Below, one piece after another: positions 1 to 10,599 of a DNA stretch of 64,000 nt. Within the stretch, counting starts at the first letter, position 1. The number at the start of each line of letters is the position of its first letter. This DNA comes from an uncultured Clostridia bacterium (lineage in GTDB: Bacteria; Bacillota; Clostridia; DUPQ01), in the NCBI GenBank assembly GCA_963766335.1, contig CAVXZA010000002.1, positions 1,918,791-1,982,790 of the forward strand. Reading direction: 5' to 3'. Below the pieces are notes generated by a model. That model was not told the DNA's origin. It searched no databases and saw only the letters and a program-made list of their open reading frames with translations. Position numbers and translations under genes: made by a program.

Positions 1-27
1 GTATGTGAATAGGAGAATTTTTGATTA

Positions 28-1041
28 ATGATAAATAAACAAAACTTTAAGATTTTAATAGTTATTGCAGCGGTTGTAATGCTTGCTTTTTCTTTGACCG
101 GGTGCATAAAAATACCAATTGAGCTTTATGGCTATATTGATAAAGACGGTGATTGGGTCATTGAACCTTATTACCACATGGCGCTTCCCAGCAGCGACGG
201 AATGCTGGCTGTCAGGGCTGGTGAGGAAGGTTACGGCAAGTGGGGTTTTGTAAATCATACCGGAGAGATTCTAATAGAACTTGAATATGATGCAGTGGGA
301 CTTTTTGAAGCCGGGATGGCACCGGTTATGAAGCTTGATGATGACAATGATGAAATATGGTGGTTTATTGATAAAAAAGGCAATAAATTGTTCAATAGAG
401 ACTTTGGAGGTGCATTGTCTTTCAGTGAAGGCCTGGCAGCCGTAATGAGCCTTGAGGATGACACAGAAGGTCTTTGGGGCTATATTAATGAAACAGGCGA
501 ATGGGTTATAAAACCTGCATATGCAGAAGCCAGTTCTTTCTCAGAGGGTCTTGCAATGTATCTCGAAGGTGCAGGTTCCGCAGGAGTAGCCGGCTATATC
601 GACAGGGAAGGCAATGTGGTTATTGAAGCCCGATATACATATGCGAGGAACTTTCACGATGGATTGGCTGCCATAAAGCTTTCCGCAGATACAGAAAAAG
701 CAGATTGGGGTTACATTGATAAGGAAGGGAATATTGTAATTGACTTCACTTACAGCTTTGCAAAGCAATTTTCCGAGGGTCTTGCGCCTGTCTATATCGG
801 GGATACTCTCAGGGGAAGCTGGGCATATATCGATGAGTACAATAATATTGTGATTCCGCCGGGCCTTTCAGAAGCCTTTAGTTTTTCCGAAGGGCTGGCT
901 GCTGTACAGACTGAATTCGATGCCGGTACAAATTGGGGATACATCGACATAAACGGAAATCTTGTACTTGGCGGATTGTTTTCAGCGGCATCGGATTTCA
1001 AAGAAGGGATTGCCCCCGTCGGTGTTATAGCGGACAGATAA
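28..1041 (+). CDS. WG-repeat (KWG-type) lipoprotein
   Basis: Lipobox FSLTGC followed by repeated WG(Y/F)I(D/N)xxG...FSEGLA units. Confidence 0.85.
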   Translation: MINKQNFKILIVIAAVVMLAFSLTGCIKIPIELYGYIDKDGDWVIEPYYHMALPSSDGMLAVRAGEEGYGKWGFVNHTGEILIELEYDAVGLFEAGMAPVMKLDDDNDEIWWFIDKKGNKLFNRDFGGALSFSEGLAAVMSLEDDTEGLWGYINETGEWVIKPAYAEASSFSEGLAMYLEGAGSAGVAGYIDREGNVVIEARYTYARNFHDGLAAIKLSADTEKADWGYIDKEGNIVIDFTYSFAKQFSEGLAPVYIGDTLRGSWAYIDEYNNIVIPPGLSEAFSFSEGLAAVQTEFDAGTNWGYIDINGNLVLGGLFSAASDFKEGIAPVGVIADR

Positions 1042-1042
1042 T

Positions 1043-3145
1043 ATGTTTGATAAAAATTGGGATTATTTAAGTTCAAATAATGAATATAAATCTATATCTG
1101 ATGAGCTTCTTAGAATCAGGGGTATAAAAGACCCTGATTCTTTTCTTATTCCTGATTTTAACAATCTGCATGACCCATTTCTAATGAATGATATGCATAA
1201 AGCTGTATCCAGGATTAGGAAGGCTTTGGAAAAGAATCAAACAATTTGTATATATGGCGACTATGATGCCGACGGATTAACTTCTGCAGCAATTTTAGTG
1301 AGATATTTAAGGAGTTTGGAAGCAAATGTAGAATACTATATTCCGGATAGGTTTGATGATGGGTATGGATTGAATATTGATAGCCTGGGTTTGATTGCAG
1401 ATAAAGGAACAAAACTTGTAATTACAACAGACTGCGGAATTAATTCAGTTAAAGAGGTGGAATTCCTTAATAAAAAAGATGTGGATATAATTATTACCGA
1501 CCATCATATGCTAATCGGAGAGTTACCGAAAGCCTATGCAGTAATTTGCTGTACCCGTGCAGATAATATTTATCCATACGAAAACCTTTCCGGGGCGGGA
1601 GTTGCATTTAAATTGGCAAGTGCTTTGAATATGTCCTTATCCATAAATGAAATCGATAAAAACCTGATTCTTTTAGCTGCCCTTGGGACCGTAGCAGACA
1701 TTGTTCCGCTGGACGGCGAAAACAGGATTATAGTCAGAAGGGGAATGGAGTTAATCAAAGAAGGAATTAACTGCGGAGTTGATGCCTTATTAGAAAATGC
1801 AGCAACCGGCAGGAAAAATATATCATCTTATACTATTGGTTTTATTCTTGGGCCCAGAATAAATGCTGCCGGAAGGATGGGAAAAGCTGATTCAGCACTG
1901 GAGCTTCTTCTTACAGATGATTTTAACAAATCCCGGGAACTTGCTGAAATACTATCAAAGCTTAACAGCAGGCGAAAAAAGGAACAGAATGATATTTACA
2001 ATAATGTGCTGGATGATTTAAGAAAAAATCCTGAAATACTTGAGTTTCCTGTTATAGTAGCGGCGGGTGAAAACTATAATAAGGGTGTTATTGGCATAGT
2101 TGCCTCTAAAATAAGCGAAATATTTAAAAAACCATGCATACTTCTTTGCATATCGGGTGAAAGCGCAGAAGGTTCAGGCAGAAGTAAGGGAGAACTCTCA
2201 CTCATTGATGCCCTGAAATATTGCAGTGGTGTTTTAGAGAGTTTTGGAGGCCATAGGAACGCTGCAGGTTTGTCTCTTGATACTTCAAATATAGTTAATT
2301 TCAAGAAAATGCTCGCTGAATATGCAATGAAAGAAGGATATCCAGGGTCGGATGGTAATAAAATGATTATTGATTTATGCATAAGCCCTGGAAACTTAAA
2401 TATAACAGAGGTTCAAAAGATAGCGGATTTTGAACCCTATGGAATCGGTAATTCAAAGCCGGTTTTTGCAATGGAAGAGGTGACTCTTGAAGACTATAGG
2501 ATTATTGGTTCGGACAGGAAGCACCTGAGCCTTAGATTTGGAAAAGATAATAAATATTATAAGGCCGTATGCTTTAATTCGTCGCAATATGAACCCTTGC
2601 TCAATTTAAAAGGTATTTATAACATCGCATTTACAGCTGAAATAAATGAATTCCGCGGAAACAGAAACATTCAGCTCATGATAATAGATATAGAATTTCC
2701 TGATTATGATGAATATATCCTTGATTTATTAATTGTTAGACTTTTGGTGCATATGGTAAAATATGAAAAAGGCAGGAGGATTCACAATAATTTAAGTGAT
2801 TTGTCTGCTAAGTTTTATGAAATAGGGATGCCTGGCGCAGCAAAAAGGATTTTAGGCAGGGGAAATGACTTTTTTATAAACCGAGAAAAAATCGGTGAGG
2901 TATATAATGAAGTCAGTAAAATAGAACCAGGTGGTGCATTTAATATTAATAATGGTTTAGGCGGGTTAATGCCTGATGAGATCTGCTTTGCTATAGAAAT
3001 TATGATTGAACTCGGCATATTAAAAGTGTACAGGGAGGGTATGTATACATACAGGGTTTTTGACAAGCCTGATATGACAAAAAAGAAACTTGAAAAATCT
3101 CTGATATATAATACTTTTAGAAAATTGGAAGGTCGGAATGGATAG
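1043..3145 (+). CDS. recJ: ssDNA exonuclease RecJ
   Basis: YGDYDADG, TDHH, LGTVADIVPL, PRINAAGR, GSGRS, FGGH motifs. Confidence 0.95.
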   Translation: MFDKNWDYLSSNNEYKSISDELLRIRGIKDPDSFLIPDFNNLHDPFLMNDMHKAVSRIRKALEKNQTICIYGDYDADGLTSAAILVRYLRSLEANVEYYIPDRFDDGYGLNIDSLGLIADKGTKLVITTDCGINSVKEVEFLNKKDVDIIITDHHMLIGELPKAYAVICCTRADNIYPYENLSGAGVAFKLASALNMSLSINEIDKNLILLAALGTVADIVPLDGENRIIVRRGMELIKEGINCGVDALLENAATGRKNISSYTIGFILGPRINAAGRMGKADSALELLLTDDFNKSRELAEILSKLNSRRKKEQNDIYNNVLDDLRKNPEILEFPVIVAAGENYNKGVIGIVASKISEIFKKPCILLCISGESAEGSGRSKGELSLIDALKYCSGVLESFGGHRNAAGLSLDTSNIVNFKKMLAEYAMKEGYPGSDGNKMIIDLCISPGNLNITEVQKIADFEPYGIGNSKPVFAMEEVTLEDYRIIGSDRKHLSLRFGKDNKYYKAVCFNSSQYEPLLNLKGIYNIAFTAEINEFRGNRNIQLMIIDIEFPDYDEYILDLLIVRLLVHMVKYEKGRRIHNNLSDLSAKFYEIGMPGAAKRILGRGNDFFINREKIGEVYNEVSKIEPGGAFNINNGLGGLMPDEICFAIEIMIELGILKVYREGMYTYRVFDKPDMTKKKLEKSLIYNTFRKLEGRNG

Positions 3146-5324
3146 TAGTTTCAGGGAACTGACTGAAAAAATAAAAAAATATAATCCGAACTCAAATTTC
3201 GAAATAATCGAAATGGCATATGAAGTTGCAAAAAAATATCATTCGGGACAGGTAAGGCTGTCCGGGGAAGAATTTGTAAAACATCCTCTTGAAGTGGCAA
3301 AGATACTGGCTGACCTAGAATTGAATTCCAAAACTATTGCTGCAGGCATCATGCATGATGTAATTGAAGATACAGATGCAGAATACCATGAGATAAAGGA
3401 GCTTTTCGGTGAAGAAATTGCCGATATGGTTGAAGGTGTCAGCAAACTGTCCAAACTTACGCTGGATACAAGGAAAGAGCAGCAGGTTGAAAGCCTGAGG
3501 AAAATGCTTATGGCAATGTCAAAGGATATCCGGGTCATCATAATAAAGCTTTCCGACAGACTGCATAATATGAGAACACTCTCACATGTTTCCAGGGAAA
3601 AACAGATTGAAAAGTCAACGGAAACCATGGAGATATATGCGCCTATAGCCCATAGGCTGGGAATGTCTGCATTTAAATGGGAACTTGAAGACCTGTCGTT
3701 CAGATATCTGTATCCGGATGAGTATAAAAGCATTGTTAAGAAGATTGCTGCAAAGAGGAAAGAACGCGAAGAATATATAACCCGCATTATCGGGGAAATA
3801 AGTGTTAATCTCAAAGAAAAAAATATAATTGGCAACATTGACGGAAGGGTGAAGCACTTATATAGCATATACAGCAAAATGAAAAGGCAAAACACAACCA
3901 TTGACCAGGTATTTGACTTGTTTGCTGTTCGCATTATTGTGGATTCAATAAAAGATTGTTATGCAGCCCTTGGAATGATACATGAGATTTTCAGGCCTGT
4001 TCCCGGAAGATTTAAAGATTATATTGCCATGCCTAAGCAAAATATGTATCAATCCCTGCACACGACGCTTATAGGTATGAAAGGACAGCCTTTCGAAGTC
4101 CAGATAAGGACGCATGAAATGCATACTATTGCTGAGTATGGTATTGCTGCGCATTGGAAGTATAAACAGGGCATTAGTAAAGCCGATGACATGGAAAGTA
4201 AGCTGGCATGGCTGAGGCAAATGATTGACTGGCAGAAAGATACGGCGGACGTTGATGAATTTTATGATAATTTAAAATTAGATTTGTTTGCTGATGAAGT
4301 GTTTGTTTTTACCCCGAAAGGTGATGTAAAGACACTTCCGGCCGGCTCAACCCCGATAGATTTTGCATATTCTGTTCATAGTGCAGTAGGGAATAAAATG
4401 ACCGGCGCAAAAATAAACGGTAAAATCGTACCGATCAGCTATATTTTAGAGAACGGAGATATAGTTGAGATAATAACATTATCTTCTTCAAAAGGCCCCA
4501 GCAGGGATTGGTTGAAAATTGTAAAGAGTGCACAGGCTAAAAATAAAATTAAACAATATTTTAAAAAGGAACATAGGGAAGAGAATATAGAAAAGGGCCG
4601 TGAAATGATTGAACACGAGCTTAAAAGGCAATCTTTGGTATTTTCAGAACTTTTCAAACACGAATATTATGAAGATATGCTTAAAAGATATAATTTTAAA
4701 TCATTGGATGATGCTTTGGGAGCTGTAGGATATTCGGGAATTACAGCAAACAAAATTATTTCTAAATTAAAGGAAAGCTATAGAAAGATTCACGGGAAGG
4801 ATCCGTCCGGAAAAGAAAAGGAACAGCAGAGAGGAAAAGTAAGCCCTGTAAATACAACTGACGAGAAAGGCATAATTGTAAAAGGTATTAATAATTGTCT
4901 CGTTACAATCGGGAAATGCTGTAATCCTGTGCCGGGTGATGAAATAGCTGGATTTATTACAAGGGGCAGGGGAGTTACAATTCACAGAAAAGACTGTATA
5001 AATGTAATTAATGATCCTAGCTTTAAAGAGAGGGAAATTGAAGTTGAATGGTCGGAAAATACGTCTTCCGACTACAAATCAGAAATTGTAATAAAGGCAC
5101 ATGACAGAAATAATCTTCTAAATGAAATAACAAATATCCTCAATGAATCAGGGACATCTCTTTCTTTTGTCGAGGGCAAGGCAACTAAAGAAGGAATGGC
5201 TATTTTTAAACTATCGTTAATTATTTCAGATAAAGAGCAGCTGTCATCTTTAATTAAAAAATTGAAGAGAATCAGCGGAGTAACTGATATAACAAGGACA
5301 AACAGAAAGGCCAAAAAGAAATGA
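3138..5324 (+). CDS. relA: Bifunctional (p)ppGpp synthetase/hydrolase Rel
   Basis: HD motif HDVIEDT, synthetase KDYIAMPK/YQSLHT/EVQIRT, TGS and ACT domains. Confidence 0.95.
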   Translation: MDSSFRELTEKIKKYNPNSNFEIIEMAYEVAKKYHSGQVRLSGEEFVKHPLEVAKILADLELNSKTIAAGIMHDVIEDTDAEYHEIKELFGEEIADMVEGVSKLSKLTLDTRKEQQVESLRKMLMAMSKDIRVIIIKLSDRLHNMRTLSHVSREKQIEKSTETMEIYAPIAHRLGMSAFKWELEDLSFRYLYPDEYKSIVKKIAAKRKEREEYITRIIGEISVNLKEKNIIGNIDGRVKHLYSIYSKMKRQNTTIDQVFDLFAVRIIVDSIKDCYAALGMIHEIFRPVPGRFKDYIAMPKQNMYQSLHTTLIGMKGQPFEVQIRTHEMHTIAEYGIAAHWKYKQGISKADDMESKLAWLRQMIDWQKDTADVDEFYDNLKLDLFADEVFVFTPKGDVKTLPAGSTPIDFAYSVHSAVGNKMTGAKINGKIVPISYILENGDIVEIITLSSSKGPSRDWLKIVKSAQAKNKIKQYFKKEHREENIEKGREMIEHELKRQSLVFSELFKHEYYEDMLKRYNFKSLDDALGAVGYSGITANKIISKLKESYRKIHGKDPSGKEKEQQRGKVSPVNTTDEKGIIVKGINNCLVTIGKCCNPVPGDEIAGFITRGRGVTIHRKDCINVINDPSFKEREIEVEWSENTSSDYKSEIVIKAHDRNNLLNEITNILNESGTSLSFVEGKATKEGMAIFKLSLIISDKEQLSSLIKKLKRISGVTDITRTNRKAKKK

Positions 5325-5770
5325 GGGCTGTCATACAAAGGGTAAAATCAAGTAGTGTTTCAGTAGCCGGCGGAGTAATAGGAAGTATCGGCAGGGGGAT
5401 GACTGTGCTTCTGGCTGTAAAGAATGATGATGATGAGTCGGACGCCAGATTCTTAGCAAAAAAGGTAATGCAGCTTAGGATTTTTCCCGATTTAGAAGAG
5501 AAAATGAACTTGTCAATACAGGATGTCAAGGGAGAACTGCTGATTATCAGCCAATTTACATTATACGGAGATTGTAAAAAAGGCAACAGACCGAGTTATT
5601 CACAGAGCGCATCTGCTGATAAAGCTGAAACCCTATATGAGTATTTCATAGGTTTTATAAAATCAAATTATGCAAATAAGGTAAAAAGCGGGGAATTTCA
5701 GGCCGATATGCTCTTAAACATTCAAAATGACGGACCTGTTACTTTAATTGTCGATAGCAGGAAACTATAG
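5321..5770 (+). CDS. dtd: D-aminoacyl-tRNA deacylase
   Basis: MRAVIQRV, SQFTL, NDGPVT motifs; follows rel. Confidence 0.95.
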   Translation: MRAVIQRVKSSSVSVAGGVIGSIGRGMTVLLAVKNDDDESDARFLAKKVMQLRIFPDLEEKMNLSIQDVKGELLIISQFTLYGDCKKGNRPSYSQSASADKAETLYEYFIGFIKSNYANKVKSGEFQADMLLNIQNDGPVTLIVDSRKL

Positions 5771-6406
5771 ATGGATAAATTAGAGATTAAGCGTTTCACC
5801 AGCAGGATGCTGGGTGCCAATACATATATTATTTATAATGATGGTGAGGGCATTATTGTTGATCCATGTACTAAAGTGCATATAATAAAAGATTTCTGCG
5901 AATTGAATAAATTAAATATAATTAAAATAGTCTTGACTCATTGCCACATTGACCACACATTATATCTTGATGAGTATATAAGAGAATTCAACACTGAATT
6001 TGCAATTCACGAATCGGGAAACAAACTGAATCAAAACGACAAGCTGAACGGTGCGAGATTATTTGGCATGAAAAAGTCATTCAGGCCTGCAGACATTTTA
6101 TTGAAAGGCGGCGATGAAATTAAAGTCGGTAATTTTAGATTGAAAATTATTGAAACCCCGGGACATTCACCAGGTTCAATATGCATTTATTCCGATAAAA
6201 TACTTATCAGCGGCGATACACTTTTTAATTTGTCAGTAGGCAGGTCAGACCTTCCGGGAGGAAATCAGGAAAAATTAACCATATCACTTCAAAAACTTAT
6301 GGATTTGCCTGAAGATACAATAATTTACCCCGGGCACGGCACTTTTTCAACTATTAAATATGAAAAAGCTAATAATCCATACTTGAATTATCCGATGGAA
6401 TTGTAA
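5771..6406 (+). CDS. MBL-fold metallo-hydrolase (glyoxalase II-like)
   Basis: THCHIDH, TPGHSPG, SGDTLF, YPGHG. Confidence 0.9.
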   Translation: MDKLEIKRFTSRMLGANTYIIYNDGEGIIVDPCTKVHIIKDFCELNKLNIIKIVLTHCHIDHTLYLDEYIREFNTEFAIHESGNKLNQNDKLNGARLFGMKKSFRPADILLKGGDEIKVGNFRLKIIETPGHSPGSICIYSDKILISGDTLFNLSVGRSDLPGGNQEKLTISLQKLMDLPEDTIIYPGHGTFSTIKYEKANNPYLNYPMEL

Positions 6407-6529
6407 AAATAAATTGGATATAACATATATTCAGTTGTTTATATATAAGAATTATGACAAAATTTATTGCTTATTATTAAATAATCAATTATAATTTTTA
6501 TATACAAAAGACAAATTGCGGAGTTACTA

Positions 6530-8440
6530 ATGAAGAAATACATATTCCTTTTAATAGTAATAATTGTTCTGGCTGTCGGGACCAGTGTAAGCGCTGAGTC
6601 TTTTTTTGCGGAAATTTCCGGTGACAAAGTACTGATGAGAAATACCGGAGATGATGGCGTCGTCGAACTGAAATCAGTAGATATATACAACCTTGAAGAT
6701 TATAAGTATTTTGGGATAAGGGCAATGGCTGAAAGCTGCGGGGCTGAGGTTAGCTGGGACGATAATACCAAAACGGTTTTAGTAATCCATAATGATCTTG
6801 TAATTTCTCTAAAAAACAACAGCAGTGATATTTTTATAAACGGTAATAAGTATAATTTCGGATATCCTGTAATTATAATAGACGGAAAATCATATGCTCC
6901 CCTTGAATTATACAAAGCTTTTACCGGTGAACTGCAGGCTTCTGTTGAAAGCATCCCGGCACTTTCATCAGATTTATATGAATCCGGCAACGGACTAGTA
7001 ATTGAAAAAGGTGAAAATTCTGACCGTATTAAAATCAAGGGAGCTGCCGAAGGATTGATTCATGATTTCCTACTGTCAAATCCCGGAAGAATTGTGCTGG
7101 ACATTGAAGATATAAATATCTCAGGTTCATTTTCAATAGGACGCACTTATACCGGAATACGACATTTCAAAGGTTCAGACGATGTTACAAGGATTGTTTT
7201 TGATTTAGCCGGGGACTATAAATATAACCTGGACTACGAAGGAAAAGATGTCGTTGTAACAATATCAGAAACCGGATATTTTGCTGCAGTTCACGAGCTT
7301 GTTGAATACAGGAACAATAGTGTGATAATAAACACATCTGAATATGATGGTTATAGAATCAGCCGGGGAACAGACCCATATACTATAAATGTTGCAATTC
7401 CCGGCATGCTGGCTGAATATTCCTTTGCATTAGATATCGAAGGTGAATTTGTCCAAAGTGTTTCTGTTTCTGCAGAATCAGCAGAAACAGTTTTCAGTAT
7501 TGAATTGCGGGAACAATGTTCATTTGAATTAGAAAAACTCACTGACTCTTTTATAATCGGCATTTATGAACCTGTTGTGATGGGATTAACGTACCACAAT
7601 TTAAATGGGAAAAAATATATATCCCTGGATTCTACAACTTCTATAGATGAAATTAAATCAATTAGAAACAACGGCGGCGAAACAATTGTAACAGTAAATG
7701 ATCCGGAGGGGTTGCTAACGAGTGGACAGGTATATATTAATGATGAAACTGTAAAAAGCGTATATGTTTCCAGAAACGGGAGCAATGCTATTATAAGAAT
7801 AACTACTAAATTCCCAAGATTTATTAGTAGTGAGCTGGTTAATGAGCAGCCTTGTCTTGTTCTATATGAAAATGATTATAGGGACTTTCTTGTAGTTATT
7901 TCGGCCGGACACGGCGGGAGTGATCCGGGAGCAATAGTCAACGGTATTTACGAATCACACCTAAATCTCAAAATAGCAGAAAAACTGAAGGAGGAACTTC
8001 AAAATTCAGGGATTTCTGTATATATGATTAGGACTGATGATTCATTTGTCTCGCTCGAAAACAGGACATATACTGCTAACAAAATGAAAGCCGATCTATT
8101 TATTTCGATTCATTGTAATACGCTTAACGATCCTGAATTCAAAGGACTTATGACACTTGTACATTCCGGATATTTAAATTATACAAATCTTAACGGAAAG
8201 ACAGCGGGAACAATCATTCATGGTGAGGTCATTAAGTCCACCGGAGCCGTTGATAAGGGTATTCGGGACAGGGATAAAATAATAGTGCTAAAAGATACAG
8301 CAATGCCCGCTGTAGAAATTGAATGCGGATTTTTGACAAATGAAGCCGAATTCGGTAAATTATTAGAAGACTCATATCAATGGAGTATAGCCAGGGGAAC
8401 CGCCGCAGGCGTCCTGAAGGTCCTTGATTTGATGGACTGA
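6530..8440 (+). CDS. N-acetylmuramoyl-L-alanine amidase (Amidase_3) with signal peptide, copper-amine-oxidase-N-like and AMIN-like domains
   Basis: AGHGGSDPGA, SIHCN, EIECGFLTN; N-terminal VSWDDNTKTV; LSNPGRIVLDI. Confidence 0.88.
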   Translation: MKKYIFLLIVIIVLAVGTSVSAESFFAEISGDKVLMRNTGDDGVVELKSVDIYNLEDYKYFGIRAMAESCGAEVSWDDNTKTVLVIHNDLVISLKNNSSDIFINGNKYNFGYPVIIIDGKSYAPLELYKAFTGELQASVESIPALSSDLYESGNGLVIEKGENSDRIKIKGAAEGLIHDFLLSNPGRIVLDIEDINISGSFSIGRTYTGIRHFKGSDDVTRIVFDLAGDYKYNLDYEGKDVVVTISETGYFAAVHELVEYRNNSVIINTSEYDGYRISRGTDPYTINVAIPGMLAEYSFALDIEGEFVQSVSVSAESAETVFSIELREQCSFELEKLTDSFIIGIYEPVVMGLTYHNLNGKKYISLDSTTSIDEIKSIRNNGGETIVTVNDPEGLLTSGQVYINDETVKSVYVSRNGSNAIIRITTKFPRFISSELVNEQPCLVLYENDYRDFLVVISAGHGGSDPGAIVNGIYESHLNLKIAEKLKEELQNSGISVYMIRTDDSFVSLENRTYTANKMKADLFISIHCNTLNDPEFKGLMTLVHSGYLNYTNLNGKTAGTIIHGEVIKSTGAVDKGIRDRDKIIVLKDTAMPAVEIECGFLTNEAEFGKLLEDSYQWSIARGTAAGVLKVLDLMD

Positions 8441-8463
8441 TATTTTACTAAGGCGGAAAAGTT

Positions 8464-9858
8464 TTGAGAAAAATTCGAAGATATGGAAAAGCAATTGTAC
8501 TTATCATATTTATAGCAGCAATTTTAGGTCTTGCTGTCTATGGACTTATTTCCTTAATGAAAAATATAGAAACTGATGACTCATCAGAAACACCTGTAAA
8601 AACCGCTGGAGTTTCTTCAGGTCCAATCACAAGCCCCGAGCCCACTGACAACGGTGCTGATTATAATAAAAGTATACCTCCTCAACAGGTTGAAATTATG
8701 GAAATAACCGCTTCTTTTGGTATTGACGGGCTTATTATTAATAATCCGGGTGCAAATTATAGCTTTATAAACCGAACCGGCATTAATGATTTAATTATTT
8801 ACCTGCCGGGAAAGACAAGCAATGAACTCGGATATAAAGAAACTCAGATATCGGAATTGGTTAGCGGATATTCCTTAAGCGAGGAAGAAAATGGTGTTCT
8901 GATTACGGTTGATGTGAATGCTCCGTTTACGGTTGAAGAAACAATTAAAGATAATCAGGTTATCTTTGATTTTATAAAACAGCAGAACACGGGTGTTATT
9001 GAGTATAGAAATGATCTTTCCCGCGTATACATGAATATTAAGAAGGCAAGGTTGTCAAAGGAATCTGATAGCTTCGTAAAAAAATATACGGAAATTTTTG
9101 ATGAGGCAAAGTTAACTTATACCATTACTATTGCAAAAAACCTGATGCCTTCTTTAGTTGATGAACTGCTTATTTTTAATGATGGTGTTATAAAAAGCCT
9201 GGAAATAATAAACAGGAATAATGATATTCAACTGATTTTCAAAGTTTTTGAGAAAATCATCATTTATCCAAATACACGGGATTATGATGCAGCATTTAGT
9301 TTTATTAAAACTAAATCAGATGATAAACCCCTTATTGTTCTTGATCCGGGACACGGCGGAATTGACGGGGGAACAACTTCCCCTGATGGCAGTATTATAG
9401 AGAAAGACATTGTCATGAACATCTGCGCTATTATTACCGATAGGCTAACTCAAAACGGATTTACTGTAATAAATCTGAGGGAAGAGGATATTTTTCTAGG
9501 ATTGATGGAACGAACGGATATTGCTAATCTTGCTAATGCAGATGCCATTGTCAGCGTTCATGTAAACTCATACACAGCTGAGTATGTGAACGGAACTACA
9601 ACGCTGTACAAGACATCAGGGGAGCTTGCAGAGGCAATACAAAGCGCAGTGATTAGTAAAACCGGTTCTAATGACATGGGTACAGTCAGGATGAGCGATT
9701 TATCGATTCTTAATAGGGCTGAAATGGAGTCAGTAATTGTGGAAACCGGATTTTTGACAAATGAATCAGAAGCGGAATTACTTAATACTCCTGAATATCA
9801 GCAGAAGGTAGCACAGGGCATCGCTGAAGGAATTGAATCATATTTTAGAGGAGAATAA
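8464..9858 (+). CDS. Membrane-anchored N-acetylmuramoyl-L-alanine amidase (Amidase_3)
   Basis: N-terminal TM helix; LDPGHGG, SVHVN, VETGFLTN. Confidence 0.88.
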   Translation: MRKIRRYGKAIVLIIFIAAILGLAVYGLISLMKNIETDDSSETPVKTAGVSSGPITSPEPTDNGADYNKSIPPQQVEIMEITASFGIDGLIINNPGANYSFINRTGINDLIIYLPGKTSNELGYKETQISELVSGYSLSEEENGVLITVDVNAPFTVEETIKDNQVIFDFIKQQNTGVIEYRNDLSRVYMNIKKARLSKESDSFVKKYTEIFDEAKLTYTITIAKNLMPSLVDELLIFNDGVIKSLEIINRNNDIQLIFKVFEKIIIYPNTRDYDAAFSFIKTKSDDKPLIVLDPGHGGIDGGTTSPDGSIIEKDIVMNICAIITDRLTQNGFTVINLREEDIFLGLMERTDIANLANADAIVSVHVNSYTAEYVNGTTTLYKTSGELAEAIQSAVISKTGSNDMGTVRMSDLSILNRAEMESVIVETGFLTNESEAELLNTPEYQQKVAQGIAEGIESYFRGE

Positions 9859-9864
9859 TGAATA

Positions 9865-10599
9865 ATGAGTGAGAGAAACATGAGGAAAGTAAAATTTACC
9901 CGGAATTATATTAAGTTTCCTGAGGGATCGGTCCTGGTTGAATTCGGAGACACAAAAGTCTTATGCAATGCTACGGTTGAAGAAAGGGTTCCGCCATTCA
10001 AAATTGATTCCGGAGAAGGTTGGGTTACCGCTGAATATTCCATGTTACCCAGGTCCACAGGAACAAGGAACAGAAGGGATATTGATAAATTAAAGAAAAA
10101 CAGCAGAGCAATCGAAATACAAAGGCTGATAGGACGTTCGCTGAGAGCTGCTGTTGATTTTAAGAAGCTTGGGGAAAGAACAATAACTATTGATTGTGAT
10201 GTTATACAGGCTGACGGCGGGACTCGAACAGCAGCCATAACCGGTGGTTATATAGCTCTGTACGATGCATGTGTTTTCCTGATGAAGCAGGGAATAATCG
10301 AGGCTTTTCCTTTGAAATGCCAGGTTGCAGCTATAAGCGTAGGTTTTGTGGGCGGAGAATTGGTAACGGACCTATGCTATTCACAGGATAGCATTGCTGA
10401 TGTAGACATGAATGTTGTAATGACAAGTGAGAACAACTTTGTTGAAGTGCAGGGCACCGGTGAAAAAGGAACATTTGATTTTAAAGGATTAAATTCAATG
10501 GTGAAGAATGCTGCAAGAGCCATAAAGAGACTTCATGCAATGCAAATGAAAGCACTTGGATCGGAGGGCGTGTATATTGAAGAAGATAATCGCGGCTAG
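9865..10599 (+). CDS. rph: Ribonuclease PH
   Basis: GWVTAEYSMLP, EIQRLIGRSLRA, QADGGTRTA. Confidence 0.95.
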   Translation: MSERNMRKVKFTRNYIKFPEGSVLVEFGDTKVLCNATVEERVPPFKIDSGEGWVTAEYSMLPRSTGTRNRRDIDKLKKNSRAIEIQRLIGRSLRAAVDFKKLGERTITIDCDVIQADGGTRTAAITGGYIALYDACVFLMKQGIIEAFPLKCQVAAISVGFVGGELVTDLCYSQDSIADVDMNVVMTSENNFVEVQGTGEKGTFDFKGLNSMVKNAARAIKRLHAMQMKALGSEGVYIEEDNRG

